Shown here in pieces: positions 23,389-32,925 of a DNA stretch of 39,932 nt. This stretch comes from a virus (taxonomy: Duplodnaviria > Heunggongvirae > Uroviricota > Caudoviricetes): IMG/VR virus record IMGVR_UViG_2859657292_000001, one strand, 5' to 3'. Below the pieces are notes generated by a model. That model was not told the DNA's origin. It saw nothing but the letters and a program-made list of their open reading frames with translations, and did not search any database. Positions within the stretch are counted from its first letter, which is position 1; each line of letters opens with the position of its first letter. Made by a program: the position numbers and the translations under genes.

Positions 23389-23852
23389 AGTACGACGCGC
23401 ATCAGTTTAAGCGTGCTGGCGACAGGCTCAATAACAGCCAGAAAGCCTTTAAGCGTTATCTCATCCGTGACATGGAGAAGCTGGCGCGTCTGGTTGAGCG
23501 TCTGGCGCGGGCAATGGCCCCGCTGGAGACCGGCTCACTCGAAAGCGCGATCTTCGCGAGAGTGGTCAAAGAAGGCTATACCGGGCTGCGTATTGAGTTA
23601 TCGGTATCTGGAGCCAAACCACGCGAAGGGCATCCGGGCGTTGAGGTTGGTGATTATGCGGAGTACATGGAGTTGGGCAAGTATCGTCTAGGCTATCTCT
23701 CCCGCATGAAGAGCGTCACCAACCCGCCAGTCGCTGGTGTGAAGCCACGAGTTGGGCCTTTGTTCCTTGAGAGAGCCGTGCAGAGCAGTGAGAAGCAGTT
23801 CACTCAGACGATAGCAGAAGCGGCAAGGAAAGCAGGTTTTACGAGAGGTTGA
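23379..23852 (+). CDS. HK97 gp10-like neck/tail completion protein
   Basis: APLETGSLESAI...YAEYMELG...PLFLERA signature. Confidence 0.7.
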   Translation: MGLKYDAHQFKRAGDRLNNSQKAFKRYLIRDMEKLARLVERLARAMAPLETGSLESAIFARVVKEGYTGLRIELSVSGAKPREGHPGVEVGDYAEYMELGKYRLGYLSRMKSVTNPPVAGVKPRVGPLFLERAVQSSEKQFTQTIAEAARKAGFTRG

Positions 23853-23853
23853 T

Positions 23854-24237
23854 GTGTTTATTGAAGCATTTGCGAGCCTGATGCAGAAGGCGAAGATCGG
23901 TACAGTCGGCACTGACATTTTCTGTCACTACATGCCAGCCAATGTGAAGTCCGGTGTTCTGTTGGTTACTCCCAATACGGGGATCACAATTGACCATGAG
24001 TTAAAAGGCTTCTATCACGACTCTTTCACCGTCATCGTGCGTAATGCGACGATCACAAAGGCGGTGGCGAAAGCCAATAAGATCATGGACATGTTCCCGG
24101 TCGAAGAAACCGTGTCAGAGGGCGTTTACTTCCGGTTGGTTCGGCCAATGTCGATGCCGATTACTTATCCCAAAAACGAAGGTTCGTTGATTGAAGCGGG
24201 TATCCCGATTGAATTTGCGGGCTATTTGTTGAATTAA
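23854..24237 (+). CDS. Tail terminator / minor capsid-type protein
   Basis: GTG start; position immediately before the tail tube gene. Confidence 0.6.
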   Translation: MFIEAFASLMQKAKIGTVGTDIFCHYMPANVKSGVLLVTPNTGITIDHELKGFYHDSFTVIVRNATITKAVAKANKIMDMFPVEETVSEGVYFRLVRPMSMPITYPKNEGSLIEAGIPIEFAGYLLN

Positions 24238-24242
24238 TAAAA

Positions 24243-24261
24243 TAAGTAAGTATATACTTAC
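24243..24261. promoter_or_regulatory. Motif B variant TAAGTAAGTATATACTTAC (contains perfect palindrome GTAAGTATATACTTAC)
   Basis: Upstream of the tail tube gene. Confidence 0.55.
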
Positions 24262-24311
24262 CATTGGCACCATGAAGGTGCTGATTTAACGGAAAAAGGA
24301 GTTTTCCAACA

Positions 24312-25058
24312 ATGTCCAATACCCATGTAAAAAACATCAAACTTGGCGCCTGCAAAGTGTCGTTTGGTGGCGTTGATCTGGGTTACACCAAAGGCGGTGT
24401 TCAGGTTGAAGTTGCGACCGAAACTCTGAAAGTCACCGTAGACCAGCTGGGGCAGACCACCATCTCCGAGCTGGTGCAGGGTCGTAACATCACTATCACT
24501 GCGCCGCTGGCCGAGTCTGTGTTGCAGAATATGGTCGATCTAATGCCGGGTTCTACCCTGAGCGAAGAAGATAACGCTGTGACCATCACTTCCGCACAGG
24601 GCGTCAACCTGATCGACGTAGCCAAAGAGCTGGTTCTGACCCCGCAGGATACCACCGACTACGTTCTGACCATCCCGAAAGCTGCGACCGCAGGTAACTT
24701 CACCATGACCTACCAGTCTGATGATGTTCGCGTGTTCTCCGTTCAGTTCACCGCTTACCCGGATGACGACGGCGTGCTGGGGAAAATGAGCGGCCCAAAG
24801 CCGGTTAAAACCGTAACCATCTATCCAAGTTCACCGACCTGCAAAGTAGGAGCTACGGTTCAACTTTCGGCGCAAGTGCAACCAGATGATGTTGCAGACA
24901 AAACCGGTGTCTGGGCATCGGAAGATCCACTAAAAGCAACCGTAGACCAGGCTGGATTGGTTCGCGGTGTTGCAGAAGGCGCAGTCAACATTTCGTTTAC
25001 TGCTAATAGCGGCGGCAAGAAGGCTACCAAATCTGTAACGGTGACTGCTGCCAGTTAA
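24312..25058 (+). CDS. Major tail (tube) protein with C-terminal Ig-like domain
   Basis: IKLGACKVSFGGVDLGYTKGGV tail-tube N-terminus; C-terminal Big_2-like repeat. Confidence 0.85.
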   Translation: MSNTHVKNIKLGACKVSFGGVDLGYTKGGVQVEVATETLKVTVDQLGQTTISELVQGRNITITAPLAESVLQNMVDLMPGSTLSEEDNAVTITSAQGVNLIDVAKELVLTPQDTTDYVLTIPKAATAGNFTMTYQSDDVRVFSVQFTAYPDDDGVLGKMSGPKPVKTVTIYPSSPTCKVGATVQLSAQVQPDDVADKTGVWASEDPLKATVDQAGLVRGVAEGAVNISFTANSGGKKATKSVTVTAAS

Positions 25059-25076
25059 CCGTGGTGTTAATTAAGC

Positions 25077-25102
25077 AGAGGCTCAGGAAGAGCCTCTCTT
25101 TT
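25077..25102 (+). terminator. Intrinsic terminator AGAGGCTC-AGGAA-GAGCCTCT-CTTTT
   Basis: 8-bp stem plus U-tract. Confidence 0.7.
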
Positions 25103-25118
25103 AAAAGGACTTTAACCA

Positions 25119-25436
25119 ATGACCAAATTACTCGATCTCGACTCCATTCTGCCTCCGAAGAAAAGCATCAAGTTCGGCGGTCAGGAATACCCCATCGTTG
25201 AAATGACTGTTGGCCTGTTTGTCTCCATCAAGCAGATGGAAGGCAAAGACCTCCAGAACATGTCGCCTGTTGAGCAGGTAACTGCTTACGCCGACCTGGT
25301 TCGCAAGGTCATCCCATCCGTGCCGGACGCTGTACTGGAAAAACTGACTGTTCCGCAGCTCCAGCAGATCTTCACCTTCGCTATGGAAGTGATTGATGAA
25401 GAGAACGAAAAAGCGGCTGGTGAAGGGGCAAAGTAA
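25119..25436 (+). CDS. Tail assembly chaperone (gpG analogue)
   Basis: Lies between the tube and tape-measure genes; AAGGA RBS. Confidence 0.8.
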   Translation: MTKLLDLDSILPPKKSIKFGGQEYPIVEMTVGLFVSIKQMEGKDLQNMSPVEQVTAYADLVRKVIPSVPDAVLEKLTVPQLQQIFTFAMEVIDEENEKAAGEGAK

Positions 25437-25786
25437 TTTCCCGCGATGAATCCGGGGTAAAGACCGTATCGATAGATCTCGGATTCTATTTCAGTCGTGT
25501 AGTTGCTCACTACGCCGTGTCGCCATTAGAGCTGCTGGGCGTCCCTCTAACGATGTTCTGGATGCTCAGTCGCAACATCGACCGTCTGCGCGCGGAAGAG
25601 GATGTCCGCAACCTGCAAGTCGCTCGCGCTGCCCAGGCAGATGGCGAGGGCGTGAAGGCGTTCATGGAGGGTTTGCAACTCAGGATTGGAAGACCAGTCG
25701 TAACCGATAAAGTCTACGATCCACGCAAGGATAAGGCAGACCCTGACGCCAAAGAGCAACTGATGCAAATTTTTGGCAGAGGATGA
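25430..25786 (+). CDS. Tail chaperone gpT-analogue segment, reached by a predicted -1 frameshift (G-T fusion)
   Basis: The -1 frame is open from 25424 through 25786 (KVISRDESGVKTVSIDLGFYFSRVVAHY...) and has no convincing RBS of its own. Confidence 0.7.
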   Translation, partial: KVISRDESGVKTVSIDLGFYFSRVVAHYAVSPLELLGVPLTMFWMLSRNIDRLRAEEDVRNLQVARAAQADGEGVKAFMEGLQLRIGRPVVTDKVYDPRKDKADPDAKEQLMQIFGRG

Positions 25787-25793
25787 CAAGGGA

Positions 25794-28700
25794 ATGTCAC
25801 AAAACGTAGAGTTTATCCTGTCGCTGGAAGACAAGCAGTTTACAGCGTCAATCGACCGGGCGGGTAAGCTACTTACCAGATTCGGGGAGCAGGCCACAAA
25901 GCCCGTTCAGAAAATTAACAATCTGGAACGCTCGTTGGGTTCGGTATCCCGCATCATCGGCGTTCTGGAGTCCAAGCTCGATGCCACGGCAGACAAACTA
26001 CAGGATGTAGCTGCCGGCTTCGAGCTTGTGTCTGATGTTTCGCGCAAGACGCGAGGCAACATTACCAGCCTCAACTCAGGTCTCAAAACCCTGATTGAGC
26101 GCGTCGACACAACCACCTCATCCGTTAATAAACTCACCACATCGCTGCGCAAGGTTCAGTCTGAACTCAACGAGTTTTCCGATTGGGCAACGTTCGCTGG
26201 CAAGAGCGCCAGCCGCTTCGGTACGGAGGTAAAAGAAGCCTCTTCCTCCGTGAGTGGCATGAATACGCGCCTTAACACCACGACGAAGCGTCTCAGTAAT
26301 TGGGGTGTCACAACGAGCCAGGCTGCCGAGGGGCTGAAGAAAGTCCGCGATCAGATGGATGCCGTGATTGGCCGCCAGCAACTGATCAGCAAGCCGGTAC
26401 GTGTGCGCACCAGCGGCTACGGTGAGGGCGGTGGTAATGGCGGTGGCGGTCGACGTGGCGGCACAAATGGCCACGGCGGGCGCGGTGCTGAAAATGGCGT
26501 GTTCTCTGGTCTGCGCGGCAATATTTTCCTGCTGGGCGAGATTGGTGATGCAGCAAGAACGGTAACTGACATCCTGTTTGGCTGGCAGAAGCCAATCATC
26601 GAAGCCGCCTCCGAAATGGAGCGTATGCGCGTCATGTTGCGCGGGCTGAACAAGGACAAGGCCAACCCTGGCAAAGCAGCCGCAGAGGATATGCAGTACA
26701 TCGTGGATATGGCGCAAAACGCCCCGTTTGCGATGCAGGCGCTGACCGATTCCTTCGTTAAATTCCGCTCGGCAGGTCTCGATCCTACTGACGGATCGCT
26801 GAAAGCACTGGTGGACTCCGTTGCACGCTTCGGCGGCGATAGCGAGCTGCTTAAACGTGCTGCCGTGGCTGTCCAGCAGATGTCCGGTAAGGGCGTCGTG
26901 TCGATGGAAGAACTGCGTCAGCAATTAGGTGAAGCTGTTCCTAACGCGATGAAGGCGATGGCAGACGCTGCCGGTATCACTATGGGGGAACTGACCAAAG
27001 CAGTCTCCACCGGTACTGTGGAAGCGAAACAGGCGCTATCGCTGATGTTCGTTGGTCTGCGTGCGGAGAACGAAAACGCCGCCAAAGACATGATGCAAAC
27101 CTACACTGGTGCGCTGGCGCAATTGCAAACCTCCTTTACGCTGTTTGCCGATCGTGTCGGTCAGGCGGGCTATCTGGATTCTCTCTCAAAGGGGATGAAA
27201 GAGCTGGCCTCCATCATGAATAGCGCAGAGGGCATTTCGTTCGCTAACTCGCTGGGTTCCGGACTCTCCACGGCGATCGACGGCTTACGCGAGCTGGCGC
27301 AGTGGCTGGCTAAAAACCAGGAACTGGTTATCAGCCTGGGCAAAGTCGTTGCTGCAATGGTGGCGTTCAAGCTGATGCGTGCCGGGATTGCAGGCGTGAT
27401 TGGCACTGCCGGGCAAATGGTTAACACATTTACCAAGATGTCGACCGTTCTCCAGGCTCCGTTCAATCTGGGCGCGACAGCTGTCACCCGCTTTAATCGT
27501 GCGGCCCGTATGGGGCTGGCTCCAATCCCATCGCTGATCTTCGCTATCCGTGGCGCGATTACGGGGCTTCAGGGCGCGTTTGCTGGGCTAACTGCGTTCA
27601 TTGCAGCAAACCCCATTGGTGCAGCGCTCACCGTAGCTACCGTGGCTGTAGCCGGTCTTATCACGTATATGACCATGCTCCGCAGCGAAACGTCTAAAGT
27701 CGTGGATGAGATCCGCAAAATCCCGGAGGCGATGACGGCGGCCAAGCGTGCGCAGATGGCAGCGCGTGCAGCCGAGCTTGAAAAGCAGATCCAGCGAGAC
27801 CAGCAGGCGCTTAAAACCGGCGAAAGCGTGAACTACTACTCCACAGCGGCTGGCCCTGTCGCCGTGAAGGAGTCCAAAGAGGTTGTTGAGGCTCGCCTGA
27901 AGAAAAATCAGGAAGAGTACGAAAGAACCACAGGCACGATGGCGCTGGGTGATGGCGCGGTGGCCAAACGGCTGGCAAAAGAGGCTGCTGAATCCCAGAT
28001 TGAGAAAATCCGGGCAGATAACCAGGTCTTCTCTGCGACGTTTGTGAAAGCCCGTCAGGAGGCTCTGGATAAGATCCAGAAAATCAACGACGACAAATCG
28101 CTTTCGGACGACGAGAAGAACAAGCTGCTCGCACCGCTTCGCGAGAAGGTGAACAAGTCCTATCTGGAACCGGCGCAGAAGCTGGTCGACGACCTGTCTT
28201 CTCGCAAAAACGCAACCGAGAAGCAAATTGCCCACTTCAGCGACATGCTGGAGAAAGCGAAGAAAGAGGGGAACACCGAGCAGGTTCAGAAGCTACAAGG
28301 CAGCATCCGTGGGTATCAGGAGCATCTTGAAGCTGTTGCTCAGGAGCTGACTCAGGCGGAGTTCGAGCGTGATAGCGCGGCGAAAACCGGTAAGGGCGTA
28401 ATGTCCAACCAGGGAACCGTTCTGGGGCTGGGAACGACCGATAAAGCGGCTCAGAAAGCACTGGCGCAGTATATGCGGAACCAGATGGACTCCGCGACCT
28501 ACCAGCGCACACTGCCAGACGGTACGGCGATGCTGGACTTCGAAGGCAAGCCGATCATCGGGCCGAAACAGCTCAAAACCCAGTTGAACCTGCAGAAAGC
28601 CTCCAGCGCCAGCTCTCTGGAGAAAATGAGCGACGAGGAACGTGCTGCCGCGATTGCCGCACTGACCAAAGCGCGTGAGCAGGATGCCGCAGCAGCGGAA

Positions 28701-30374
28701 AAAGCCGGGCAGCGTACTGCCAATGCTTCTCAGCGTGCCGCGAGGAAGGAAGAAAATGCGCAGCGTAAGCTGGCGGCCGGCTACCAGAAAGCCCTAGATA
28801 AAGCCGATCAGCTTATGGGGCTGATGGGTGAAAGCTCAAAAGCGACCGTGTCGTTTGATCAGTCTCTCCGCGATACCACCAAATCGCTGACCGAACTGGC
28901 CAACGCCGTACCGAATGAGTTCATCACTCAGGAGATGATCGACAAAGCCAAGTCACGCCTGGCTGACCTGGCTAACGCGAGCGACGACTATCGCGAGATG
29001 TTCAATCGTCGCAACGTCGAGCAAATGATCTCCACCTGGGCGCCGGAATCCGATTCCATCATCAGCGCGGGTTACAAGCCGTCTCGTGAAGAGAAGGTGG
29101 TCGATTTCAACGACACCTACAACCGTAACCTGAAAGCGTTGATGGATCTGCGTGACCAGGCTTCTGATCCGAAAATCGTGGCGCTTTACACCAAGCAGAT
29201 TAACCAACTGGTGGCGGCAGGCAACACCGCGCTCATCAAAGAGACGGGTACGGCGACACAGAAGCTGGCGCTTGAGTACGAGAATCTGGCCGATCAGCTG
29301 GAAAACAGCTGGAGCAACCTGTTCAGCAACATGACGGATACGCTGACCGACTTCGTCATGAAGGGGAAATTGGACTTCTCCAGCCTAGCAGAATCCATTC
29401 TCCGCGACATCACCAACATGGTTGTGAAGACGCAGATCACCCTGCCTCTCATGAACATGCTGGGGATGGGGACGACGGCAGCGGGCAGCTCTCAGAGTGG
29501 CAATCTGCTTTCTGGTGTCGCGTCAGCGGTTGCCAACCAAGGCGTCCGGATGAATGCGGTCAACGGCGATAAGAGCGTGGGTGAGGCGACGAAAGAGACC
29601 TCCAGCTCGGTCTCCGGTCTGGGGCAGACCACTCAGCAGACGACCAGCGCGATTGGCTCTGCAACCAACGCGATCGGCAGCTGGGTGAATGGACTGTTCA
29701 CCAGTACTGAAGCCAAAGACGCGGAAACCAAAGCGGTGAAGACATCCATCTTCTCCATGCAGAACCTTAGCTCTGTCACGGGGGCGCTTTCTGCCGCGTT
29801 TGCCATGCTGGGCGCAAACATGTCCGGCTCTGGCAATAAGTGGTTGAGCTTCGGCGCTACCATTGCCTCCGGGCTGGTGTCTGCCTGGGCTGGTGGCGGC
29901 TTCGACAACATCGGATCGGGTTCATCCGGCTCTAACTCCGGGTTCAACAATCTCACCGGATCGGCATCTGATGGTACTGGCGGCATCCCGGCAATTCCGA
30001 AGTTCGCCAAAGGCGGCATTTTCGGGAAAGACGGCGTGGTTCCGCTGCGTGCGTACCAGAAAGGTGGCATCGCTGACTCTCCACAGCTGGCGCTGTTTGG
30101 TGAAGGGGATATGAACGAAGCCTACGTTCCGCTTCCGGATGGGCGTTCCATCCCGGTCACGCTCAACGCAGAGGGTGTTAAAGGCGGCGGTGGCGTTTTC
30201 TCACCTGTCAGCATTGAGATCAACGTCAACAGCGACGGCAGTGTCTCGGAGAACAGCAATTCCGAAGGCGCATGGAGTCAGGCAGCGCAGCGCATGAAGG
30301 CGATCGCGCTTGAAACCATCGCTCAGGAGAAGCGGCCAGGCGGTTCGCTCAACCCTAACTCTCAACGTAACTAA
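25794..30374 (+). CDS. Tape measure protein (about 1526 aa)
   Basis: Long Ala-rich helical protein with a tape_meas-type domain (APF....LTDSFVKF...QQMSGKGVVSMEELRQQLGEA) and lambda gpH-like C-terminus; ATG 25794 with AAGGGA RBS. Confidence 0.95.
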   Translation: MSQNVEFILSLEDKQFTASIDRAGKLLTRFGEQATKPVQKINNLERSLGSVSRIIGVLESKLDATADKLQDVAAGFELVSDVSRKTRGNITSLNSGLKTLIERVDTTTSSVNKLTTSLRKVQSELNEFSDWATFAGKSASRFGTEVKEASSSVSGMNTRLNTTTKRLSNWGVTTSQAAEGLKKVRDQMDAVIGRQQLISKPVRVRTSGYGEGGGNGGGGRRGGTNGHGGRGAENGVFSGLRGNIFLLGEIGDAARTVTDILFGWQKPIIEAASEMERMRVMLRGLNKDKANPGKAAAEDMQYIVDMAQNAPFAMQALTDSFVKFRSAGLDPTDGSLKALVDSVARFGGDSELLKRAAVAVQQMSGKGVVSMEELRQQLGEAVPNAMKAMADAAGITMGELTKAVSTGTVEAKQALSLMFVGLRAENENAAKDMMQTYTGALAQLQTSFTLFADRVGQAGYLDSLSKGMKELASIMNSAEGISFANSLGSGLSTAIDGLRELAQWLAKNQELVISLGKVVAAMVAFKLMRAGIAGVIGTAGQMVNTFTKMSTVLQAPFNLGATAVTRFNRAARMGLAPIPSLIFAIRGAITGLQGAFAGLTAFIAANPIGAALTVATVAVAGLITYMTMLRSETSKVVDEIRKIPEAMTAAKRAQMAARAAELEKQIQRDQQALKTGESVNYYSTAAGPVAVKESKEVVEARLKKNQEEYERTTGTMALGDGAVAKRLAKEAAESQIEKIRADNQVFSATFVKARQEALDKIQKINDDKSLSDDEKNKLLAPLREKVNKSYLEPAQKLVDDLSSRKNATEKQIAHFSDMLEKAKKEGNTEQVQKLQGSIRGYQEHLEAVAQELTQAEFERDSAAKTGKGVMSNQGTVLGLGTTDKAAQKALAQYMRNQMDSATYQRTLPDGTAMLDFEGKPIIGPKQLKTQLNLQKASSASSLEKMSDEERAAAIAALTKAREQDAAAAEKAGQRTANASQRAARKEENAQRKLAAGYQKALDKADQLMGLMGESSKATVSFDQSLRDTTKSLTELANAVPNEFITQEMIDKAKSRLADLANASDDYREMFNRRNVEQMISTWAPESDSIISAGYKPSREEKVVDFNDTYNRNLKALMDLRDQASDPKIVALYTKQINQLVAAGNTALIKETGTATQKLALEYENLADQLENSWSNLFSNMTDTLTDFVMKGKLDFSSLAESILRDITNMVVKTQITLPLMNMLGMGTTAAGSSQSGNLLSGVASAVANQGVRMNAVNGDKSVGEATKETSSSVSGLGQTTQQTTSAIGSATNAIGSWVNGLFTSTEAKDAETKAVKTSIFSMQNLSSVTGALSAAFAMLGANMSGSGNKWLSFGATIASGLVSAWAGGGFDNIGSGSSGSNSGFNNLTGSASDGTGGIPAIPKFAKGGIFGKDGVVPLRAYQKGGIADSPQLALFGEGDMNEAYVPLPDGRSIPVTLNAEGVKGGGGVFSPVSIEINVNSDGSVSENSNSEGAWSQAAQRMKAIALETIAQEKRPGGSLNPNSQRN

Positions 30375-30379
30375 CCACG

Positions 30380-30399
30380 GCTGCCCCGGAAGGGGCAGT
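30380..30399 (+). terminator. Hairpin GCTGCCCC-GGAA-GGGGCAGT
   Basis: 8-bp stem after the tape-measure stop; no clear U-tract. Confidence 0.4.
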
Positions 30400-30415
30400 C
30401 TCACAAGGATGTGAG

Positions 30416-30751
30416 ATGGAAAGACTGACTTTTAACTGGTATCCCGACTACGAGTCGGAAAAGACCGTGAAGCCTAACGTGACGGTGCTGAATTTCGGTG
30501 ACGATTACGAACAGCGCCAGGCCAAAGGTCTCAATCGCATTAAAGAAGAGTGGAGCCTGACATTTACGCGCTCTTACGACGTTATTAATGCCGTCGATGA
30601 CTTTCTGACGGCACGCGCGGCCGTTGAGTCGTTCTACTGGACGAATCCTCGTGGCAAAAAGATGGTTGTGGTGTGCGACAGCCATACTGTGAAGCGTTAC
30701 CAGGGCTATCTCGTTCTCACTGCGACCTTCCGACAAATTTATGAAGGATAA
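30416..30751 (+). CDS. Minor tail protein M-like (distal tail protein)
   Basis: F.W.PD...KPNV....FGDDYEQR...GLN...FYWTNP lambda gpM signature. Confidence 0.9.
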   Translation: MERLTFNWYPDYESEKTVKPNVTVLNFGDDYEQRQAKGLNRIKEEWSLTFTRSYDVINAVDDFLTARAAVESFYWTNPRGKKMVVVCDSHTVKRYQGYLVLTATFRQIYEG

Positions 30752-30765
30752 TTTAACCCACTAGA

Positions 30766-30790
30766 TAAGTAAGCACTTATTTACTATTAT
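30766..30790 (+). promoter_or_regulatory. Motif B TAAGTAAGCACTTATTTA + 1 nt + -10 TATTAT
   Basis: Same geometry as the site at 11665-11689; upstream of gpL. Confidence 0.65.
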
Positions 30791-30840
30791 CTATAGGCGC
30801 TGACAGGATGTTGGCGTCTCTTTATTTCAAGGAAGAAACG

Positions 30841-31539
30841 ATGGGTATTAAAGCTGATATTCAGAGCTTGTCGCCCTCCGCGCTCATTGAGCTGTTCGAA
30901 CTTGATATGTCGAACACCACCTCTGGGGGCAAGCTGTTTTTCCACGCTGGTACAAACGAACTGATGGAGCCAGTCGTTTGGCAAGGCGTGTCTTACGAAC
31001 CGTGGCCAATCAAGGCGTCAGGCTTTGATAAGACTGGTCAGGGTACTTTGCCGCGTCCAAAAATCCAGGTCTCCAACTTTGCCGGAACTGTCTCCGCTGA
31101 AGTTCAGGCAAACGACGATCTGGTGGGCTGCCGCATCATCCGCAAGATGACGCTGGCGCGTTTTCTCGACGCGGCCAACTTCAAAGACGGGAATCCAACC
31201 GCAGATCCAAATCAGCACTTCCCGGATGAGATGTGGTTCATCGAACAGAAGACTCTCGAAACCCATGAGGTTGTCGAGTTTGAGCTGTCGAGTGTGTTCG
31301 ATCTGATGGGCGTGCAACTGCCGTACCGCCAGATCATCAAAAACACCTGCCCGTGGAAATACCGCGGTCCAGAGTGCGGCTACACCGGCCCCTATTTCGA
31401 CAAAAACAACCAGCAAACCACCATGTCAGGCGCGGATTACTGCACGAAACGCTACGACTCATGCAACGCACGCCGTAACTACTTTGCCAATGGCGTAATC
31501 CACTTTGGCGGGTTCATTGGAGCAACGCGTTATGGGTAA
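30841..31539 (+). CDS. Minor tail protein L-like (Fe-S Cys motif)
   Basis: IELFELD...LFFHAG...YEPWPI.ASGF...RPKI and C-terminal CPW.YRGPEC...C.K...SC...FGGF. Confidence 0.92.
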   Translation: MGIKADIQSLSPSALIELFELDMSNTTSGGKLFFHAGTNELMEPVVWQGVSYEPWPIKASGFDKTGQGTLPRPKIQVSNFAGTVSAEVQANDDLVGCRIIRKMTLARFLDAANFKDGNPTADPNQHFPDEMWFIEQKTLETHEVVEFELSSVFDLMGVQLPYRQIIKNTCPWKYRGPECGYTGPYFDKNNQQTTMSGADYCTKRYDSCNARRNYFANGVIHFGGFIGATRYG

Positions 31540-32329
31540 TAGAGCTTTCCCTGAGCTTGGTTCGGACGTTATGCAGGAAATCTATCTGACAGCCATCAAA
31601 CGCTACCCGAACGAAGCGTGTGGCTTTCTGGTGCGTACCACTGGCGAGAAATATCGCTTCATGGAAGCCCGGAACGTGTCGGAAAACCCGGAAAACACGT
31701 TTGTTATGCACGCTGACGACATTATCGCAGCGGAAGATGCGGGATACGTGGTTGCCATCTGGCATTCCCACACTGACGAATCAGCTGAAGCGTCATACGC
31801 CGACCGCGCCGGATGCGAGGCAACGGAAGTTCCGTGGCTGATTCTGGCTGTTAGGAAGAATGTCGAGGGCGATGCGCCATTTCACTTCAGTGAGATGAAT
31901 GTGATCACCCCAGACGGCTTTGAGATGCCTTATCTGGGGCGGCCCTATGTGTTTGGTGTCTTCGACTGCTGGATGCTTTGCCGCGACTACCTGAAGCGTG
32001 AGTTCAACGTCGAGTTGAATCCAAACCCGCACCTGCATATTCCATCGTGGTACACGGGCGATACCGACATTCTCGATCAGAACTACCGCAATGAAGGGCT
32101 TGTTCGTCTGGCGCCGGGGACGGAACCCCAGCGTGGTGACGTCTTCTTCATTCAGTACGGAAAGATGCCTGACCACTGCGCGGTGTACATCGGAGACGGA
32201 ATGATCCTGCACCACCAGATCGACCGTCTGAGCTGTCGCGCTTATTACGGTGGCATGTACCAGAAACACACGACGCACCACCTGCGTCACAGAGACTTAC
32301 TCAAGGGAGATGAAACGTGTCTGAGTTAG
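31532..32329 (+). CDS. Tail tip assembly protein K-like (JAB/MPN + NlpC/P60)
   Basis: YPNEACG, WHSH, then YLGRPYVFGVFDCW...HCAVYIGDG.ILHH. Confidence 0.92.
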   Translation: MGNRAFPELGSDVMQEIYLTAIKRYPNEACGFLVRTTGEKYRFMEARNVSENPENTFVMHADDIIAAEDAGYVVAIWHSHTDESAEASYADRAGCEATEVPWLILAVRKNVEGDAPFHFSEMNVITPDGFEMPYLGRPYVFGVFDCWMLCRDYLKREFNVELNPNPHLHIPSWYTGDTDILDQNYRNEGLVRLAPGTEPQRGDVFFIQYGKMPDHCAVYIGDGMILHHQIDRLSCRAYYGGMYQKHTTHHLRHRDLLKGDETCLS

Positions 32330-32904
32330 TTCATGTGCAACTTGGTGGCCCGATGGCCAGACATTTCGGCCGCCACTGGCATTTAAAAGTGCGCAACACC
32401 AAACAGGCGTTGGATTTGGTCGAAGCCAATCGTCCGGGCTTAAAAGCATGGATGAAGCGCAACATGAAGACCTACGACAGTTACCACATCCAGATCACCA
32501 ATAAGCAGGGGCACAAGTGGTCGGTTGATGAGAGCGAGTTTCAAATGATGGGGCAGTCCGACAACATCGCGAAGATCCGCATCACACCGGTTCCTCGCGG
32601 TAGTGGCGGTAAGGCTTTTGGTTGGTTCCAGACAGTCGTAGGGGCACTCGTCATGGTTGCCTCATTCTGGTTCCCAGCGCTGGCCCCGCTCGGCTTGTCG
32701 CTAATGATGGGCGGTATTTCGCAGCTAATTTCGCCCCAGGCGACCAATGACAGCGTAAGGCAGGCAGATAACTCGAACTCGTTTTATTTCGACGGGCCAC
32801 AAAACACCACTAACCAGGGCAACCCGGTTCAGCTCATTTATGGCGAGGAAATTCTGGTCGGCTCACAGGTTGTGAGTTCTTCGATCACCATCGACCAGCT
32901 TTAG
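32317..32904 (+). CDS. Tail assembly protein I-like
   Basis: V.LGG.MARHFGR.W.L.V...GGGK...NTTNQGNPV.LIYGE..VGSQV.S signature. Confidence 0.9.
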   Translation: MSELVHVQLGGPMARHFGRHWHLKVRNTKQALDLVEANRPGLKAWMKRNMKTYDSYHIQITNKQGHKWSVDESEFQMMGQSDNIAKIRITPVPRGSGGKAFGWFQTVVGALVMVASFWFPALAPLGLSLMMGGISQLISPQATNDSVRQADNSNSFYFDGPQNTTNQGNPVQLIYGEEILVGSQVVSSSITIDQL

Positions 32905-32925
32905 TAAGAAGGGAAATTTTTGAAC

